In this document: positions 14,431 to 30,100 of the stretch, one piece after another
Position numbering within the stretch: the first letter of the stretch is position 1
Layout: the number at the start of each line of letters is the position of its first letter
From: the human T2T-CHM13v2.0 reference genome, Homo sapiens
Assembly (NCBI RefSeq): GCF_009914755.1
Contig: NC_060929.1
Length of the DNA stretch: 64,000 nucleotides
Reading direction: 5' to 3' (one strand)
Notes under the pieces: generated by a model
The model's input: the letters and a program-made list of their open reading frames with translations, nothing else
What the model was told of the DNA's origin: nothing
Databases searched by the model: none
Program-made: the position numbers and the translations under genes

Positions 14431-16246
14431 CTTTCATCTTCATCCCTACTGTTACATAAATGCATCTTGATTTCTAGGCAAGCATTTGTCAAATTCTCAT
14501 TAGGATCTTCCTCAGGGTCTTTTGTTCTCCTTAGTTTCTTTGGCTTTATAGTGAAAGAACATTTTTCTTTTATTGTCACTAACAAATACTTCTTGGTCAG
14601 TTGTCACAGTTCCCCTTGTCCTTGAGGTCAATATATATATATTTTTAAACATTGTAATTAAATATGCTGACTGGGAAGGAGTTCAGATGTCTTACTAGTT
14701 ATTAGATACTTTCTTTCCCCATGAACTGCACGGGAGGAACTTTGGTTACAAAGCTTGGCCTCATCAGCTGACTTGAGGTTGATATTTAGAATTTATACGA
14801 AGCACTTTCTCCCTTAAAATAACTGGCAATAAAACTGTTGCTTTGTAGCGTATTTCTTAGGCAGCCACATATATACCTGTAAGTTAGACAAGGATAGGTG
14901 CTTCCTTTGTCAACAAATAGCTTTTGCAGAGCTGAAGCTAACTTGTATCAATGACTAGACATTAAGTGACTGTGATCTGCGCTCCAAGCTATTTCCATAA
15001 TCCAAGGCATAGAAAATGGCAGAGAAGCTTGCAGTATCTGTTACCTCCTGTTCTTTTCTTGTGTGTCAAGGTCTTTGTGTGTCACCTTCATTTTATTTTA
15101 CATTTTAATGCGTCCATTATGTTAAGTGGTGTTTCTTAAAGCTAATTCAGGATGACTGTTATTTAAATATGCATACCAAGAAGTTCTGACTTACCAGCAA
15201 AGAAAAAAAAGGGTCTTTATTCAGAGAATGCTAATGGAAAAATAATTGAGGTTTTACTCTGTGTTTAGGGACATCCTTCTGGAGAAATCAGTACATAAAA
15301 CCTGCCTCCATCCATCTTTAATTATTACAGTTCATTTAATATACAATTTGCTCAAAGCCTCTATGCCACAGTTGAAAAGAAGATGGTTTTATGTGACTTG
15401 GAAATAGGTCTATTACAGTTTATGCACTACTCGGATATGGTAGAGTCTAATTTCAGCTTAAGCTCAGTGTATTTAATCAGTATCTTAGAGTGGCCTATTC
15501 AAAATGCTGCCATGTAAAAAGCTAAAATGGATGCAGCTCTTTCTTCCCTACCCTTAGCAATCATCAAATTGCCTTTCTTCCCCTCTCTCTGCATCCTGAG
15601 AATGACAAGATATTGTCACTTCACAACCTCCCTTTGTTCAAAGTCACATTTTTCTTCTTAAAAAGTTTAACCAACTAATTTTTTTTTTTTTTAAGACCAG
15701 GGACCCATGATAAGGCCTTAGCATTTTACCTTCTCATATTTGTCTTTCATCGCTGTGTGGGCAAAGTTGATTTCATTCTGTTCCTTTTTTTAAGAAAATG
15801 GGTATTGTGAGGCTTTAAGCTGGCCAAAGATGATAGATTTTGCTGTTTGCTAATTTGGTGTCATTCCAGACAACATGCTGTTCTCCATGCATACTGACCT
15901 GGTGATAACATGACATATAACCTATTCTTTCCTTCTCACTTCTCACATTGAACCTCACAGTGGAACACTAGGCATCATTAACAATGATAGAAGAAAGAGA
16001 GGAGACTTACCTCCCCCCAGTGATTCTGGTACTACATTCAAAACTAGAAACTAACTGGGAGGGGGAATTCTTAAAGTACAACAGCAACTCCCTTGGTCTT
16101 CCAAACCATGAGAAAAATCTTCACAAATCTGTATCATTCTTCCTAATAAATGCTTTTTGTTTTAGTAAGTACAATATATTCAATGTAAGTTTATCTTTCC
16201 ACATTTATAAACCATCTTGCAGTGCTTTTGAAGGTGTGATTGTGAG

Positions 16247-16659
16247 TGTATTAGTCAGTTCTCACATTGCTATAAAGAAATACCTGAGACTGGGTAATTT
16301 TTAAAGAAAAGAAGTTTAAGTGGCTCATGGTTCTGCAGGCTGTGCAGGAAGCATAGTGGCTTCTGCTTTGGGGAGGACTCAGGAAGCTTCCAATCATTGT
16401 GGAAGGCAAAAAGGGGAGCAGGGCATCTCACATGGTGGGAGCAGGAGCAAGAGAGAGGAGGAGAGAGTCACTACACACTTTTAAATGACCAGCTCTCTTA
16501 AGACCTCTATCACGAGAACAGCACCAAGAGGATGGTGTGAAACCATTCATGAGGATCCACCCCCATGATCCAATCACCTCCCACCAGGCCCCACCTCCAG
16601 CATTGGGGATTACAATTCAACATGAGATTTGGGTGGGGATAGAGATGCAAACCATATCA
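16247..16659 (-). mobile_element. MaLR solo LTR (MSTA/MSTB-like)
   Basis: tgtattagtc ... aaaccatatca, 413 bp, with a perfect 5-bp TSD gtgag (16242-16246 and 16660-16664). Confidence 0.92.
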
Positions 16660-17349
16660 GTGAGTAATTTACTTCATCATTTTTAAGTCACATGGTTATA
16701 AGATAGGGTTAATGTGTGTAACTTTACATTTATAAATGAAATGAATAAAGTGCTATGGCCAGTACCCAGCACATAGTAACAGGTGTCTTACAAATATTCG
16801 TTCTTTCCTTCCTTACTTCATGAAGTTATGACATTCTGAACTTGCCCATCTCCTATGGTTCATTGTGGACATCCAAAGGACAAATCTAAATGGTGCTTGG
16901 CCCCAGGACATCATGGAAAGCTGTATGTGCAGTGTCAAGGGGGTTATCTTCAACTCATTCTCTATAAGAGCATATGTTGCTTGTTTTTTTTTTGTTTTCT
17001 ATCCTCATTCTGCAAATTAAACAAACATCAAGACTCCCCAATATATTGTGTGCAATTTAATCAAGATTTTATGTCCTGAGTTTAACTATTAGATTTATCT
17101 TTACCACCCGAAAGCATTAAAAGCTTAAGAAGCATTGTATTATTTATAAAGTAACAGCAATACTTTTAAAATTTCTGCCTTCTTTGTGTACTCTATTTTA
17201 TGGATATGCTGTGTAGGCCTCTCAATAATACTTTCAATAATCTCATTCATGCTAAAATGCCCCTAGCTTCTGGAGATTTATAAAATTCTAGTTTTCAGGC
17301 TGAGGGTAAACAAATTGTTCCTTTTTTAAGTGAGTTAAGATTAAAAAGT

Positions 17350-17500
17350 TTGTGTGTGTGTATAGGTATAAATGTATACATACATATGCATATATTTATA
17401 CATTTATACCTATACACACACAAACATATGTTTTTCAATATCATATATATGTATTATATATATGAATATCACATATATATGTGTGTGTATATATATATGT
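17350..17500. repeat. TA/TG/CA-rich low-complexity tract
   Basis: Interleaved tgtgtg, tatata and cacaca runs. Confidence 0.8.
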
Positions 17501-17735
17501 GATATTTGAAAACTCTTCTGCTCATTGCAGTCAACTTGAAAAACAGAAAATTACCTAGAAAAATGAAAATTCTTCAATAATTCTTATCACCTTGTAACAA
17601 TCACTTCTAACATGTTGGTGTATGCTTTTCAGTAAAATGTCTGCATTTGATTTTCTGTTTTTGATCATGCATTAGCCTCAATCATTCCTTCTTTCACCAA
17701 TATGTTTACTGAGCATCGAAAACAAGTTATAATTT

Positions 17736-17911
17736 GATTGCTAGGTGAAATACAAGATGCACAGTTATATTTGAATTTCAGATAAACAACCAATAATTTT
17801 TAGTATATGGCCCAAATATCACGAGATATATTTTTACTGAAAATTTTTATTTATCTGAATCTGAAGTTTAATTATGCATGTTGTACTTTTATTGGTTAAA
17901 TCTGGCAATCT
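17736..17911. mobile_element. MER53-like palindromic hAT MITE
   Basis: gaaatacaagatgcacagttatatttgaatttcagataaacaac ... tttatctgaatctgaagtttaa ... aaatctggcaatct, a degenerate palindrome resembling MER53. Confidence 0.75.
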
Positions 17912-20395
17912 TAACTGTAGTAGAAACCCATGCTATGGGGATATCTTGGTGAGCAGAAATAGACGGAGCCCTGATATTAATCAAATGGCACATGAATATA
18001 TAAACTGTGAGAAGTATATAAAGAGAGTAAGTATGAAGAACTGTGTGTGTGGTGTGTGGGTATGTATGTTTTGGGGTTTCAGAGAAAGAAGGTAAGTAGT
18101 CTGGGGGCAGGGACGTTAAGGAGGAAAGAACATTTGGAAATAAAATTCAACCTGACTTGCCTCCAGGGACCTGGCTACACTCAGGAACAGTCTTCAAATG
18201 TAGGCCATGTTATCAAGTGAATGCTGCCAGACAGGGCTGGCATCCAGGAAAAGTAAATAAAATCTTCTTGTGCGTCTGTCTCTGAGGGCTCTTCACAAAG
18301 CCCTGGCAACCCACAGCCTGAAAACAAATAAGCCCCAGTCTTTCCCAGCATAGTTGATTCCCCAGGTGGCTTTTGTTAATTGAGATTAAACCTGTAGCTG
18401 CACACAACTCCTCAGGGCCTCTATCTCTTTACTCATGTCTTTGTCCCTGTGGATAGAAGGGGTCCACATGTGGTTTCAGGAAATTAGGACACCAGATCAT
18501 CTGTTTTAACTGGAAAGAACTACCTGTACTGAGAGTGTGACAAGGTCCTTTCAGACTCTGAACATAGCCCAATAAATGGTATCAACCTTAAATAACGAGA
18601 TTCTGAAAATATGATTAAGTATCGAGTTTGCTGGAGCCCAGAGCTTGAGGATGGCCACCTGGGAGCACAGATTCACTTTGCCCAGAATGTACACTCCAAT
18701 TAGCAGCAGTTATAAGTGGGGTTTTAAGAAAAAAAGACGAGGCAGTTCCTAAGTTATTTACCAAAAATTTACATTAAAATAATGTAAGCTATTGATGGAC
18801 TATACATTATTCTTTGTAAAACAAATTACAGGAACACAAAGATAATGGGTGAGGCAGCTAGTCAGGAACAAAATGGCTTTAAAATACTGTCCTTGAGCAT
18901 GGGTTTGAGGCTGTGACTGACATCCCATACTCATGTTTCTCTAAACCTAATAAATTGTGCATATCTCATATAGCTCAGACTGCTCTGAGCTATTTTTGTT
19001 TTCTCATTTCCCCCCTTTTCATCAAGATTTTGCAAAGAAAGCATTGTGGATGAACTTAAGCAGTTTTGGCTCCTTTTATGTTCAGGAACTTAGTCCTGCA
19101 TTGCTAGGAAGTCTTATTCCCAGATGGTCCTGTCCCACATTTGGGGGAAGGGGAGAGGATGAGTCTTAGTGGGGATTTTAACACCATCAGAAGCAAAATT
19201 GGGATGGCATCGCAGGGTGCCACAAATGAGACCTCACCCAAGTCACTAATTTATGTAGCTACTGTTGCTTGTGGGATCATCTCTAGGCTTCAGAATACCA
19301 TGCAGTTAGTTTTCTCGGAATAAGTAAAACAATGAGCTATACATAGTAGAAATATAATACACATAACAATTATAATTTTAAAAAAAACGAATTTCTATGA
19401 CTGAATGAAAAAAATATCTATTCCATTGGAAAGTCAACTAAAAACATCATGAAGAAAATTAAAATCCAGTCCTTTCTTAGAGACTTGTTGTAGCAGGAAA
19501 TAATTCAAGATTTAGATCAAATTGTAGGAAAATAATAAAAACTAGAAAACAATGGTCAGGGCTGAATTTAAAAACAGGTGTGCTATAATTTTCTTCTGAA
19601 CCATAATTTCTCTCTCTTCAGTTCACTATTTCTACCCAAGATAAATTTTATCAGGACCAACATACTTGTAAAATAAGCTTTAGTATTATATTTGGCCTAA
19701 TTATTTGCGTTAAGTGCAACAAAAATAATGAATGGCCATGTATGCATTTTTAAGTTGGCTTTGCTGGAACTTTTTCATAAGGAATCTCAGATTAGACTTT
19801 TAAAAGCCTCTCTAAACTAGATATTGAAGCCAATAATTCACCATCAAACTGCCTGTAGCATCTACATAAATTGGGTGAATTTCTCCCTTCTTCAGGTTCT
19901 GAAATATCTTGAGGTTTCTAGGCCTGTCAAATGATGACATTCTTTACTTACTGCAAGGTCAAAAAACTTGTGAGGGTACCATGTAGACAAGGTATCAGGT
20001 CAGTTTTCCAAAAGGACTATTGATTTGGCTCTATAAAGTCAACTTCAATTCATCAAAGCAGTTTGGTCATATCTGAAAGTATGTCATTTCACCCAAAGCC
20101 TTGGTAAAATGACCAGCCTTAGTAAAATGACCAGTGTCTCCAACTGTGTACTGTTACAGAAGAAAACAGGTTCTTACTGAACTTACACAAATAACAATAT
20201 TGCCATAAATAAAGAGTATTCACAAATAGTTTCCAAATTCTGGAGGAATCAGGTAGAGAGTAAGATGTTTCAATTTTGTTCATAAAAGTATACTTTACTT
20301 AATTGTTGTAAGCTCTAAATAGCTCAAAAAAAATTCTTGACTTTGGAAAACAAAACAAAAAGAATCAGCAATGTTTCAAACAAAAAAAGTCATTA

Positions 20396-20700
<305 letters not shown>

Positions 20701-22072
20701 AATTTAGTTCTCTATCAGTTCAGTTCCATGTAGTTAACTCTTGTTCTGTTTGATATTGGGTTAGCAATCTTCACGAACTGATGACCTTTTATATTAGAAT
20801 TCTGAAAGTTTTTACATAGTCCATTGATATGATTTCCAAAACCTTCAGAAACTTGTATTCGAGAGTACTTCTCAGAATCCTTTCCATGAATTTCCTTGAA
20901 GGATAAGCAAATTTTGGACTGTAGCTGATTATAAACCACTTTTTATGAAGAATCTAAGTAAAATAATAATTGTCTGTAGATGACAAAAGACTTAAAGCAG
21001 TCTTAGTTAAAGACACAATTGACCAGGAAATTTGGTTATGCCTGTAGCATACAACAACTTGACATAACAATCGTAATTATTACTGATCATATATACCAAA
21101 ACATATTGGAACTTTTGGAATCTCATTCAATTTTGGAACAGATATTAATCATATTAATACATTTATACAAATATATTCAAAGAAAGTTAAACATCATTTC
21201 TTATTTGACAATGCTTTCTGTATGATTTAAACATATCAAATAAGCCTGATCTGCCTCTCTGGAACTTCTAGGGGACCTCATATCTGAAAAGTTATTTCGA
21301 GGTAAAAAAAAAAAAAAAAAAGGACTAAATTTTAATTTGAAATATGATTTTGGAAATTTGTCAAATATCAAAGGTTTAAAAAACTTACTCAAAATATTTT
21401 TGCAGGTCACTGTAAAATAATAGTCATTTATTTAGCCAAAGTGATAATTCCAAGATTTCAAAAGCAAAAACTTTTACTATTTGGTAGAAAGGAGACTGCG
21501 TTCCCAATCAAGAGACCTAATAGGGACAGCATGAGGCAAACTCTTCCCTCCTTTTTATAAGGAATCTCAGATTTTACCTTAAAAAGCCTCTCAAGGCTAG
21601 GTATCTTTGAGAGGTTACCTTTTTTTTTTTCTGTTTTTCTTTTTGAAGTTTAATCAAAAGGCAAACAAATCTTTTACTGTCTCTTATTAATACTATATAA
21701 AATTCTTATTCAAAGGAGAATGCCAAATTTTACTTTTATATTAGTGTGTTGTCAATACTAAAGCTAATTTTAATTAAACATTATAAACAAATCCATACAA
21801 TCTCAGTCAGCTTTGACTGCAGAAGATAAGATTTTGATAAATCTTTTATAACCTATTACAATTTTCTATTAAAGAGAAGATCAATGTTTCAAGAAAACCC
21901 TGTGGTTCCAAAAGAGGGGCCCAGACTCTGGCCTTGCACCAGTGAGCTTTTGAGATTAATGTTCACTTTTTAGAAAAACTTATAAACAATTCTCTTCTAA
22001 TTTTAGCCAACTTGATCACACACAAAATTCCTTTCACAAGATTAATCTTCCATAAACCCACAACTTGCTTAA

Positions 22073-22805
<733 letters not shown>

Positions 22806-23948
22806 ATATCTAGTCATTTAAATTACATACGATAACTACAATTTTAACTCTTAGGAACGCTAATTTACAGTGAAATCTGAGGAAGTAATTTTGAGCTGTT
22901 TTATGCCAGTATTTATAGATGAAAACCATTTCATAATTTTTATAAAGTTGTCTCCTCAATTATTTTGTTTATTAACAGATCTAAATATATTTAGCTTTTC
23001 TACACCATATAACTCAGACATTTTATGGTTACACAATGCTTAATTTAACATGACTTTACGATTTAGTTACTGAAAAAGATTTTTGAAACTGAAAAGTTCA
23101 TTTATACACTTCTATCTCATTTACATTCATTTAATTTAGTTTATTCATTCTTAACAATTATGCTTGAATAGTTCATTAAACAAAAGTAGCCACCATCAAG
23201 TTATTTCTTTGTTAATCATTTTTATAGCCTGCAAATGTCAGGCAGTTGCCACCTAAGCAAGAACCCGAAAGCTAAAACAGAGATATTTTGCTGATCAGAA
23301 GGCACGGTGGCTTTCATTAAACCAACAGTATTAACTGGTCTTATTTACCGAAGATTTACCCAAGTTATGTGAACTAAAAGGGATTTGAGTTACTTTCTAT
23401 TTTTCTGATAAAATATTTAAGTGTTTCCTTTCTCTTTTGGCCAATTAGAACTCATTCATATATTTTTGTAATAAATTTTACATACACATGACACATATAA
23501 ACATGCAGACACACACAGGCAGATTTTATAGCTTTGTAAGTTTCTTCATTTGCCAGTTTTCAATAGTTTCTCTCCCACCTTTAGACTGTCAAGCCCTAAA
23601 CAATTGTTAGCTAGGCAACCTTAAATTTGTACTTCTAAAGGGATGACTCTTAGCTGAAACAAAGTAAAAAAAAAATAAAAATTACACTTCAAAAACACAG
23701 AGCGGAGCTCAAACTAAGGGAGCTGGTGTATATAGGTAAAGGTCCAGTTAAGACAAGATGGCCAAGGAAAGCATCTTAAGTAAAGGTAGGACTTGTATAG
23801 ATTTAAACCAATGTTAAATTTCTCATGACTCAGCTCTCCCTCTCCTCCAGGTGCACAGAGGCAGAAACCCTTACAAATGGAGATTTCCTTTATCAATGTA
23901 AATTTCAATATAGCCAGCTAAATGCCAGCAAGGTATATTTTGGAGAAC

Positions 23949-24663
23949 TGTTAGAGGCAGTGAATCTGTATGTGTCTGCAGCAACTTCAATTCTTGCCTA
24001 CTCTCAAAATAAAAAATTCAACTGAGGGGCATAAGGTAGAATGAAAGACAGAGGCAATTTTTAGAGCAAAAGGGAAAGTTTATTTTAAAAGTTTTAGAGC
24101 AGGAATTAAAGGAAGTAAAGTACACTTGGAAGAGGGCCAGATGGGCAGCTTGAGAGATTCAAGCACACGGTTTGACCTTTGACTTGGAGTTTTATATGTT
24201 GGCAGGCTTCTCGGGGGTTGTTGCTTCTCCCCTGATTCTTCCTTTGGGGTGGACTGTCCGCATGTGCAGCAGCCTGCCGGCACTTGGGAGAGGCCGCATG
24301 TGCAGTGTGTTTACTGAAGTTATGTGCATGCTTACTTGAGGCATCTTTTTTTCCTTACCAGTTGACTGTTCCTAGAGGAAGGTCATATACCAGTTAAACT
24401 CTACCATTTTTGCCTCTTAGTGTGCATGCTTGAGCCTACTCGCCCACCTCCTGAGATCTTATCAGGAACCTACTGATCATCAGTTTCAGGGTTTTTCTAT
24501 CTACTGGGAGATTGCCTTTTCCTGGCGCCGGCTGCAACCAAATATTATTTGAGAGAGACAGTTTAACAACCACCTGACCATCACCTAATGGTTGTCTGAC
24601 ATTCCTTGGTGGAGGTTGGGGGTGATCTCCTGCCTTGCCCATGTCTGCCTGCCTACTGTAACA
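23949..24663 (-). mobile_element. ERV1 solo LTR (MER50-like), nested in the provirus
   Basis: TGTTAG ... CTACTGTAACA, 715 bp, near-TSD gaac/gacc. Minus-strand start TGTTACAGTAGGCAGGCAGACATG. Confidence 0.8.
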
Positions 24664-25511
24664 GACCAACTTAGTTAAATAGGTGGGCTTTTCAACTTAG
24701 TTTGTTTCTTGGTGAGATGACTGACATCATTGTGAAGCTCTTTAATGAACAGGGCAAAGAAAGCCTTCTCTATGCCTGGACTCGGCATGGACAGCTCTGG
24801 GAAAGAAGAAAGCCTATTTTACCTGAGGGCCTATCTTTTATAAATATTTTGTTCAAATTCTTTCTTTTAAAACAAAGGTTCTTTTTCAATGACTTACCAA
24901 ACCAATACACCTTAACCAAGGTTATGTCTAAACCAAGGATCAACTAGGCATTTCCAAAGAGTGGCAAAGTAGTCCTCACAAGATCCAGAACCAAAGACAG
25001 CTCAAAGAAACAAATGTCTTGCTCACTGCAAATAGAATACAACCCATATTTCTGTCCAGCCGTATTTTCAAGGATCTCAGCTTCTCTGTTGAGCACCTAC
25101 TCACGGAGGCCCCAAAGCCCTATATGCCCCACAGATAGAGACAGGAAATCAAAAGCTGTCTCTGGAAGGGAAAAGAATCAATAACAAATGGGTACCTCAG
25201 AAGGTCAAGAGTTATACAAATGATTTTAAACAAATAGGACTGCTTTCCTGACTGGGAATCAAACCTGGGCTGCAGTCATGAAAGCAGAATCTTAGCTGGT
25301 AGACCACAGAGTGGAGTGCTTTTTTGTAAATCCTTCAGGAGATCCAAGCAGGCAGTTTGAGCATATAAAGGATTTCAACTCATTTCAGATCTGATCACAG
25401 CTGGAATGCTGTTTAGCTAATTTCCTGCATGTTAATATTTCAAAGATATGATGAGATTTGTATCTGCAAGGGATTGTGAAGTCCAGCAGGGCATTTGAAG
25501 GATATTGTCTG

Positions 25512-25901
<390 letters not shown>

Positions 25902-26815
25902 TTATAATCTCTGTAGTATCATTCTTGTTCTGTAGTTGTTTCATTTGTTCTCTCTGTTTAAAAATTATCTTCCTAGGAGATGGATGGGAGCTGAGGGAAT
26001 GAGCAGAAAGGGATGAGTTTAGATCACAGGAGTAGGAGGAGATGGAGCAGTTAGAGGTGAAAGAGAAAACCTCCAAAATCTTATTAAATTTAGAAATAGT
26101 TTCAAACATACTTTTGTTCACCTCTTGAATGGAGGCAATTTTTTCTTTTAGGATTTCTTTTAGAAACTTGTAGGTACTATTGGAAGTAAGTCTCTCACTC
26201 AATTTGGTTCTAAAACTAGCTTTTTCTAATTGTGTGTGCAAACAAACTAATTTAGGTATTTTAAAAGGTAACACATTTTGGCCATTGTCAGTTGGAATCA
26301 TTCTGAGTTATGCTCTACTAGTTTTCTAAATATTTGCATGAAGAGGCATGGTAAGTATTCAGTATGAATCGAGCTGGCATTTCTAATGGTGGATCTCTTC
26401 TTAAGGAGGAAACCTCAGTTTTAGATAGTTGAACTGCCTTCAGAATCTGGCCAGTTTTAAAAACTACAGTTGTTTTTTCTTAAGCCACAAAGATTTACTT
26501 ATTTTTCAAGAGAAACTATATTCTTCTTGGCCAAATTTTGTATTAGAGGAAAGGTTACAAACTCTAATGAATAAGACAAAGAAAACCTTAACTTCAGAGA
26601 AAAGTGAAAATCACAAAACAAAGTAAATATAATCTCTAGAGAATAACACATGAAACTCCTGTCTTTCAGTAGAGTTTCAATTCCAATCCCGCAGAGTTAA
26701 GAATGTGTATGGCTTGAATAAAGTCTGAATCCTCAACTAACCTGGGAGTATTTGGATACCGAGATGGCTGCCAGATCTGGTGAGGTTGGGTGAACCAAGC
26801 TGTTGATTCTGGTAC

Positions 26816-27354
26816 TGTTACAGGAAAGCAGTCCTGATCCATACCCCAAGAGAGGGTTCTTGGATCTCACGCAAGAAAGAATTCAGGGCAAGTTTGCAGA
26901 GTAAGGTGAAAGCAAGTTTATTAAGAAAGTAAAGGAACAAAAGAATGGCTACTCCATAGACAGAGCAGCCCTGAGGACTGCTGGTTGATCATTTTTATGG
27001 TTTTTTTAATAATATGCCAAACAAGGGGTGGATTATTCCCTTCCCTTTTTAGATCATATAGGGTAACTTCCTGACATTGCCATGGCATTTGTAAACTGTC
27101 ATGGTGCTGGTGGGAGTGTAGCATTGAGGACGACCAGAGATCACTCTCATCGTCATCTTGGTTTTGGCCGGCTTCTTTGCCGCAACTTGTTTTATCAGGA
27201 AGGTCTTCATGACCCGTATCTTGTGCTGACCTCCTATCTCATCCTGTGACTTAGAATGCCTTAACTGTCTGGAAATGCAGCTCAGTAGGTTTCAGCCTCA
27301 TTTTACCCAGCTCCTATTTAAGATGGAGTTGCTCTGGTTCACACGCCTCTGACA
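26816..27354 (-). mobile_element. MER41 solo LTR (short, MER41A-like)
   Basis: Minus-strand start TGTCAGAGGCGTGTGAACCAGAGCAACTCCATCTT, 539 bp, with a perfect 4-bp TSD gtac (26812-26815 and 27355-27358). Confidence 0.9.
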
Positions 27355-27974
27355 GTACCAACATTCCAATTGTCACGAACTTGAGGGGATCACTGAAGCT
27401 CCACTTTAGATCCCATCTGGGGTGGTAAAATGTCAACGTGAAACAAGATTCAGAAAATATGATTAAGTATAGCATTTATTGGGGCTCAAAGCTTGAAAAT
27501 TGTTATCCGGGAGCATAGATTCAAGTTGCCCTGAATATACTCCAATTAACAGCAGCGACAAGTGGGTTTCTACGGAAAAAAGAAGAGGCAGTTTCTAACT
27601 TGTTCGCCAAAAATTTACGTTAAAGTAACGTAAGCTATTGATAGGCTACACGTTATTCTTTGTATCACAAATTCCAGGATCACGATGATAATGAGCCAGG
27701 CAGCTAGTCAGAAACAAAATCCCAGGCATCAGTGTGGGGATATGACTGAAGTCCCATACTCCTGTCTCTCTGGGCCTGACACATTTTGCATAGTTCATAT
27801 AGCTCAGCCTTCTCTGAGCTATTTCTCTCTTCTCAGTGGCTTTCCTGGAAGCAGCCTCCATCATATGTGACTCAGAGTGCTAGCATTTCTTCATGGGTTT
27901 ATAAACCATAAGAACTCAAGGTGGCCTTCAGAGCCACAGCATCAACAATATTAACTTCCCTATTAGTAGTGTTC

Positions 27975-28740
27975 TATTACTTTGGGTTTTACATATATTA
28001 TCTCATTTATTCATCATAACAACCTGGTTGATAGGGATTATTATTCCCATTCTATTCCTGAAGAAACTGAGGCTCAAAGGAGCTAAAATATTTTCCTATA
28101 GTCACACAGCTAGGAAGTGGCAGAGCGAGGACTCAAACCCAAGAATCCTGACTTCAAAGCCTCTGCTCTTCCTGCTGCACTATACCATCCCTATACACAT
28201 CTCTGAGACTCCTGTAAAATTATGTAAGGAACAGGATTTATTTCATTTATTGTCTTTCATATCCCACAAGAATACAAACTGTGTAAGGCAGGTATGTCTG
28301 TATGTTTTTTATCACTGCCTCATTCCCCATCTTCCACAACAGTGCCTACCGCACAGTAAGTGCTCGATAAATATCTTTTAAATGAGCATGTGAATGAATG
28401 TGTGTTAGTGTTAGGGCTAAGGCCTTTGGCTTCTGGTTAATTGCCCTTTTTGCCATTATGCCAATGTCATTTGCACACTCACAAACATACCCTCATATAA
28501 TCATATGCACTTCAGTTTCTTTGCAGGTCCTGGGTTCAGACAAATCTGAGTTTGAATTTCTGTTCCACCACTGGGTAACTGAGTGAATTTGGTCAGTTAT
28601 GTTTGGTATTTTACTTAGTTTCCTCACCTGTAATTAGGAATAACAGGAATACTCATGTCAGTACTACTTTGAATGACAGTGATAAGAATATGTACTTCAA
28701 GCACCTCACAAAGTACGTGGTTGATAAATGGTGACTTTAC
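27975..28740. mobile_element. Cluster of MIR and L2 fragments
   Basis: gaagaaactgaggctca ... gtcacacagctaggaagtggcagagc (MIR), acagtgcct ... cacagtaagtgctcgataaata (L2 3' end), and cttagtttcctcacctgtaa (MIR). Confidence 0.65.
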
Positions 28741-28764
28741 ACAACAACTGAGTGACACTTCTTC

Positions 28765-29266
28765 TGGCACAGGGGCCAAGGGAAAATTTCCCCTTCACCC
28801 TCTGAAGGTTCACTGAGAATCAACTGATAAAAGGCAGATTAATAGGAGAAAAAGCACACAAAATTTGTTTGCAATATGGAAATTCACAGAAAGGGGTAGA
28901 TGGTTGACACTTTTATGCCATCTTGAGGTTACAGAAAGAGCTTGGAAAAATAGATTATGGGTGAAGGGAGAGAAAGAAAGTCCTGGGGCAAAGGTGGTCC
29001 TTGTTATGTAGATGAAATCTCACAAGTAGCAACTCTCAGAAAGAATAGATGATAGTCTGTGGTTGGGAGATCTGATCATGGGGAGGTCCTCAGAGAATGC
29101 CTGGTTGTTTATTTCACTAATGTATTTTTTTTTCCTATAGATACAAATCATCTCCATGAAAGGTAGCTTTTCAGGGTTATTCCTGTGTGCATGCCTTCTT
29201 CTGAAGCACCATCTCAAGATATGTCAAATAAGTGTATTTGGGGTGAAATATTTTTGGTTTCCTTTG
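28765..29266 (-). mobile_element. ERV1 solo LTR (MER34/MER39-like)
   Basis: Ends ...tatttggggtgaaatatttttggtttcctt (minus strand AAGGAAACCAAAAATATTTCACCCCAAA), typical of the MER34/39 start. Confidence 0.65.
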
Positions 29267-29495
29267 CTAGAAATGAAATGTCCCTGCTTCCCCATAGCCA
29301 GAAAAGATTCTTGAGTGGACAACTGCACCTAAACTTGAACCTGAGCACTAGAAAGTCTTTTGTTTTATTCTATGTTTTTATAAATTTAAATCTAATTTTT
29401 TGAATATAAAATAATACATATTTTGTAAATGTGGAAACACAGAAAGTTCTAATGAAAAAATAAAAACCTGTATTTCATCACGCAGAAATATCTGC

Positions 29496-29970
29496 TGTAT
29501 TAGTTTTCCGTTGCTGCGGTAACAAATTGCCACAAACCTGGTGGCTTGAGACATCATAGATTTAGTATCTTACAATTCTGGAAGTCAGAAGTCCAAAATC
29601 AGTCTCCCTAGGCTAAAATCAATGTGTCACCAGGGCTGTGTTTCTTCCAGAGCCTCCAGGTGAGAATCTGTTTCATTATCTTTTCTAGCTTCTTGAGGCT
29701 GCCTGTATTCTCGGCTTGTGGCCCCTTCCTTTATCTTCAAAGCCAGCAGCATACTATCTTCAAACCTCTCTCTGACTCTGACTTCATGTTCTCCTTATTC
29801 ATCTTTTAAGGCCCCTTGTGATTACATTGGGCCTACTTGGATAATGCAGGATCACCTCTCTATCTGATGATGGGCCTTAAAGTCCCTTTTGCCACAAAAG
29901 AAAACATATTTGCAGGTTCTGGAGATTATAATGTGGACAGCTTTGGGGAGCCTTTATTCTGCTTATTACA
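29496..29970 (-). mobile_element. MaLR LTR (MLT1C/D-like)
   Basis: tgtattagttttcc ... gtaacaaattgccacaaacctggtggctt ... ttctggaagtcagaagtccaaaatcag. Confidence 0.8.
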
Positions 29971-30100
29971 AACACTATTAGTATTTAGTGCAATTCATTC
30001 CCATTGTTTTCCCTATATTTTTCAACATATTTCACTTTTTACTATCTATGCCATTCACAAGATTGCTTATTTCAAGCAACGTTTTATTGTAATTGTTTTC

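Noticed and set aside
26816-27354. MER41 as an interferon-inducible STAT1 enhancer
   Set aside because: As I recall, the tandem GAS (TTCnnnGAA) segment of MER41B lies between ggattattc and ccccttttag. It is missing here (ggattattcccttccctttttagatc), and the 539-bp length fits the shorter MER41A-type form.
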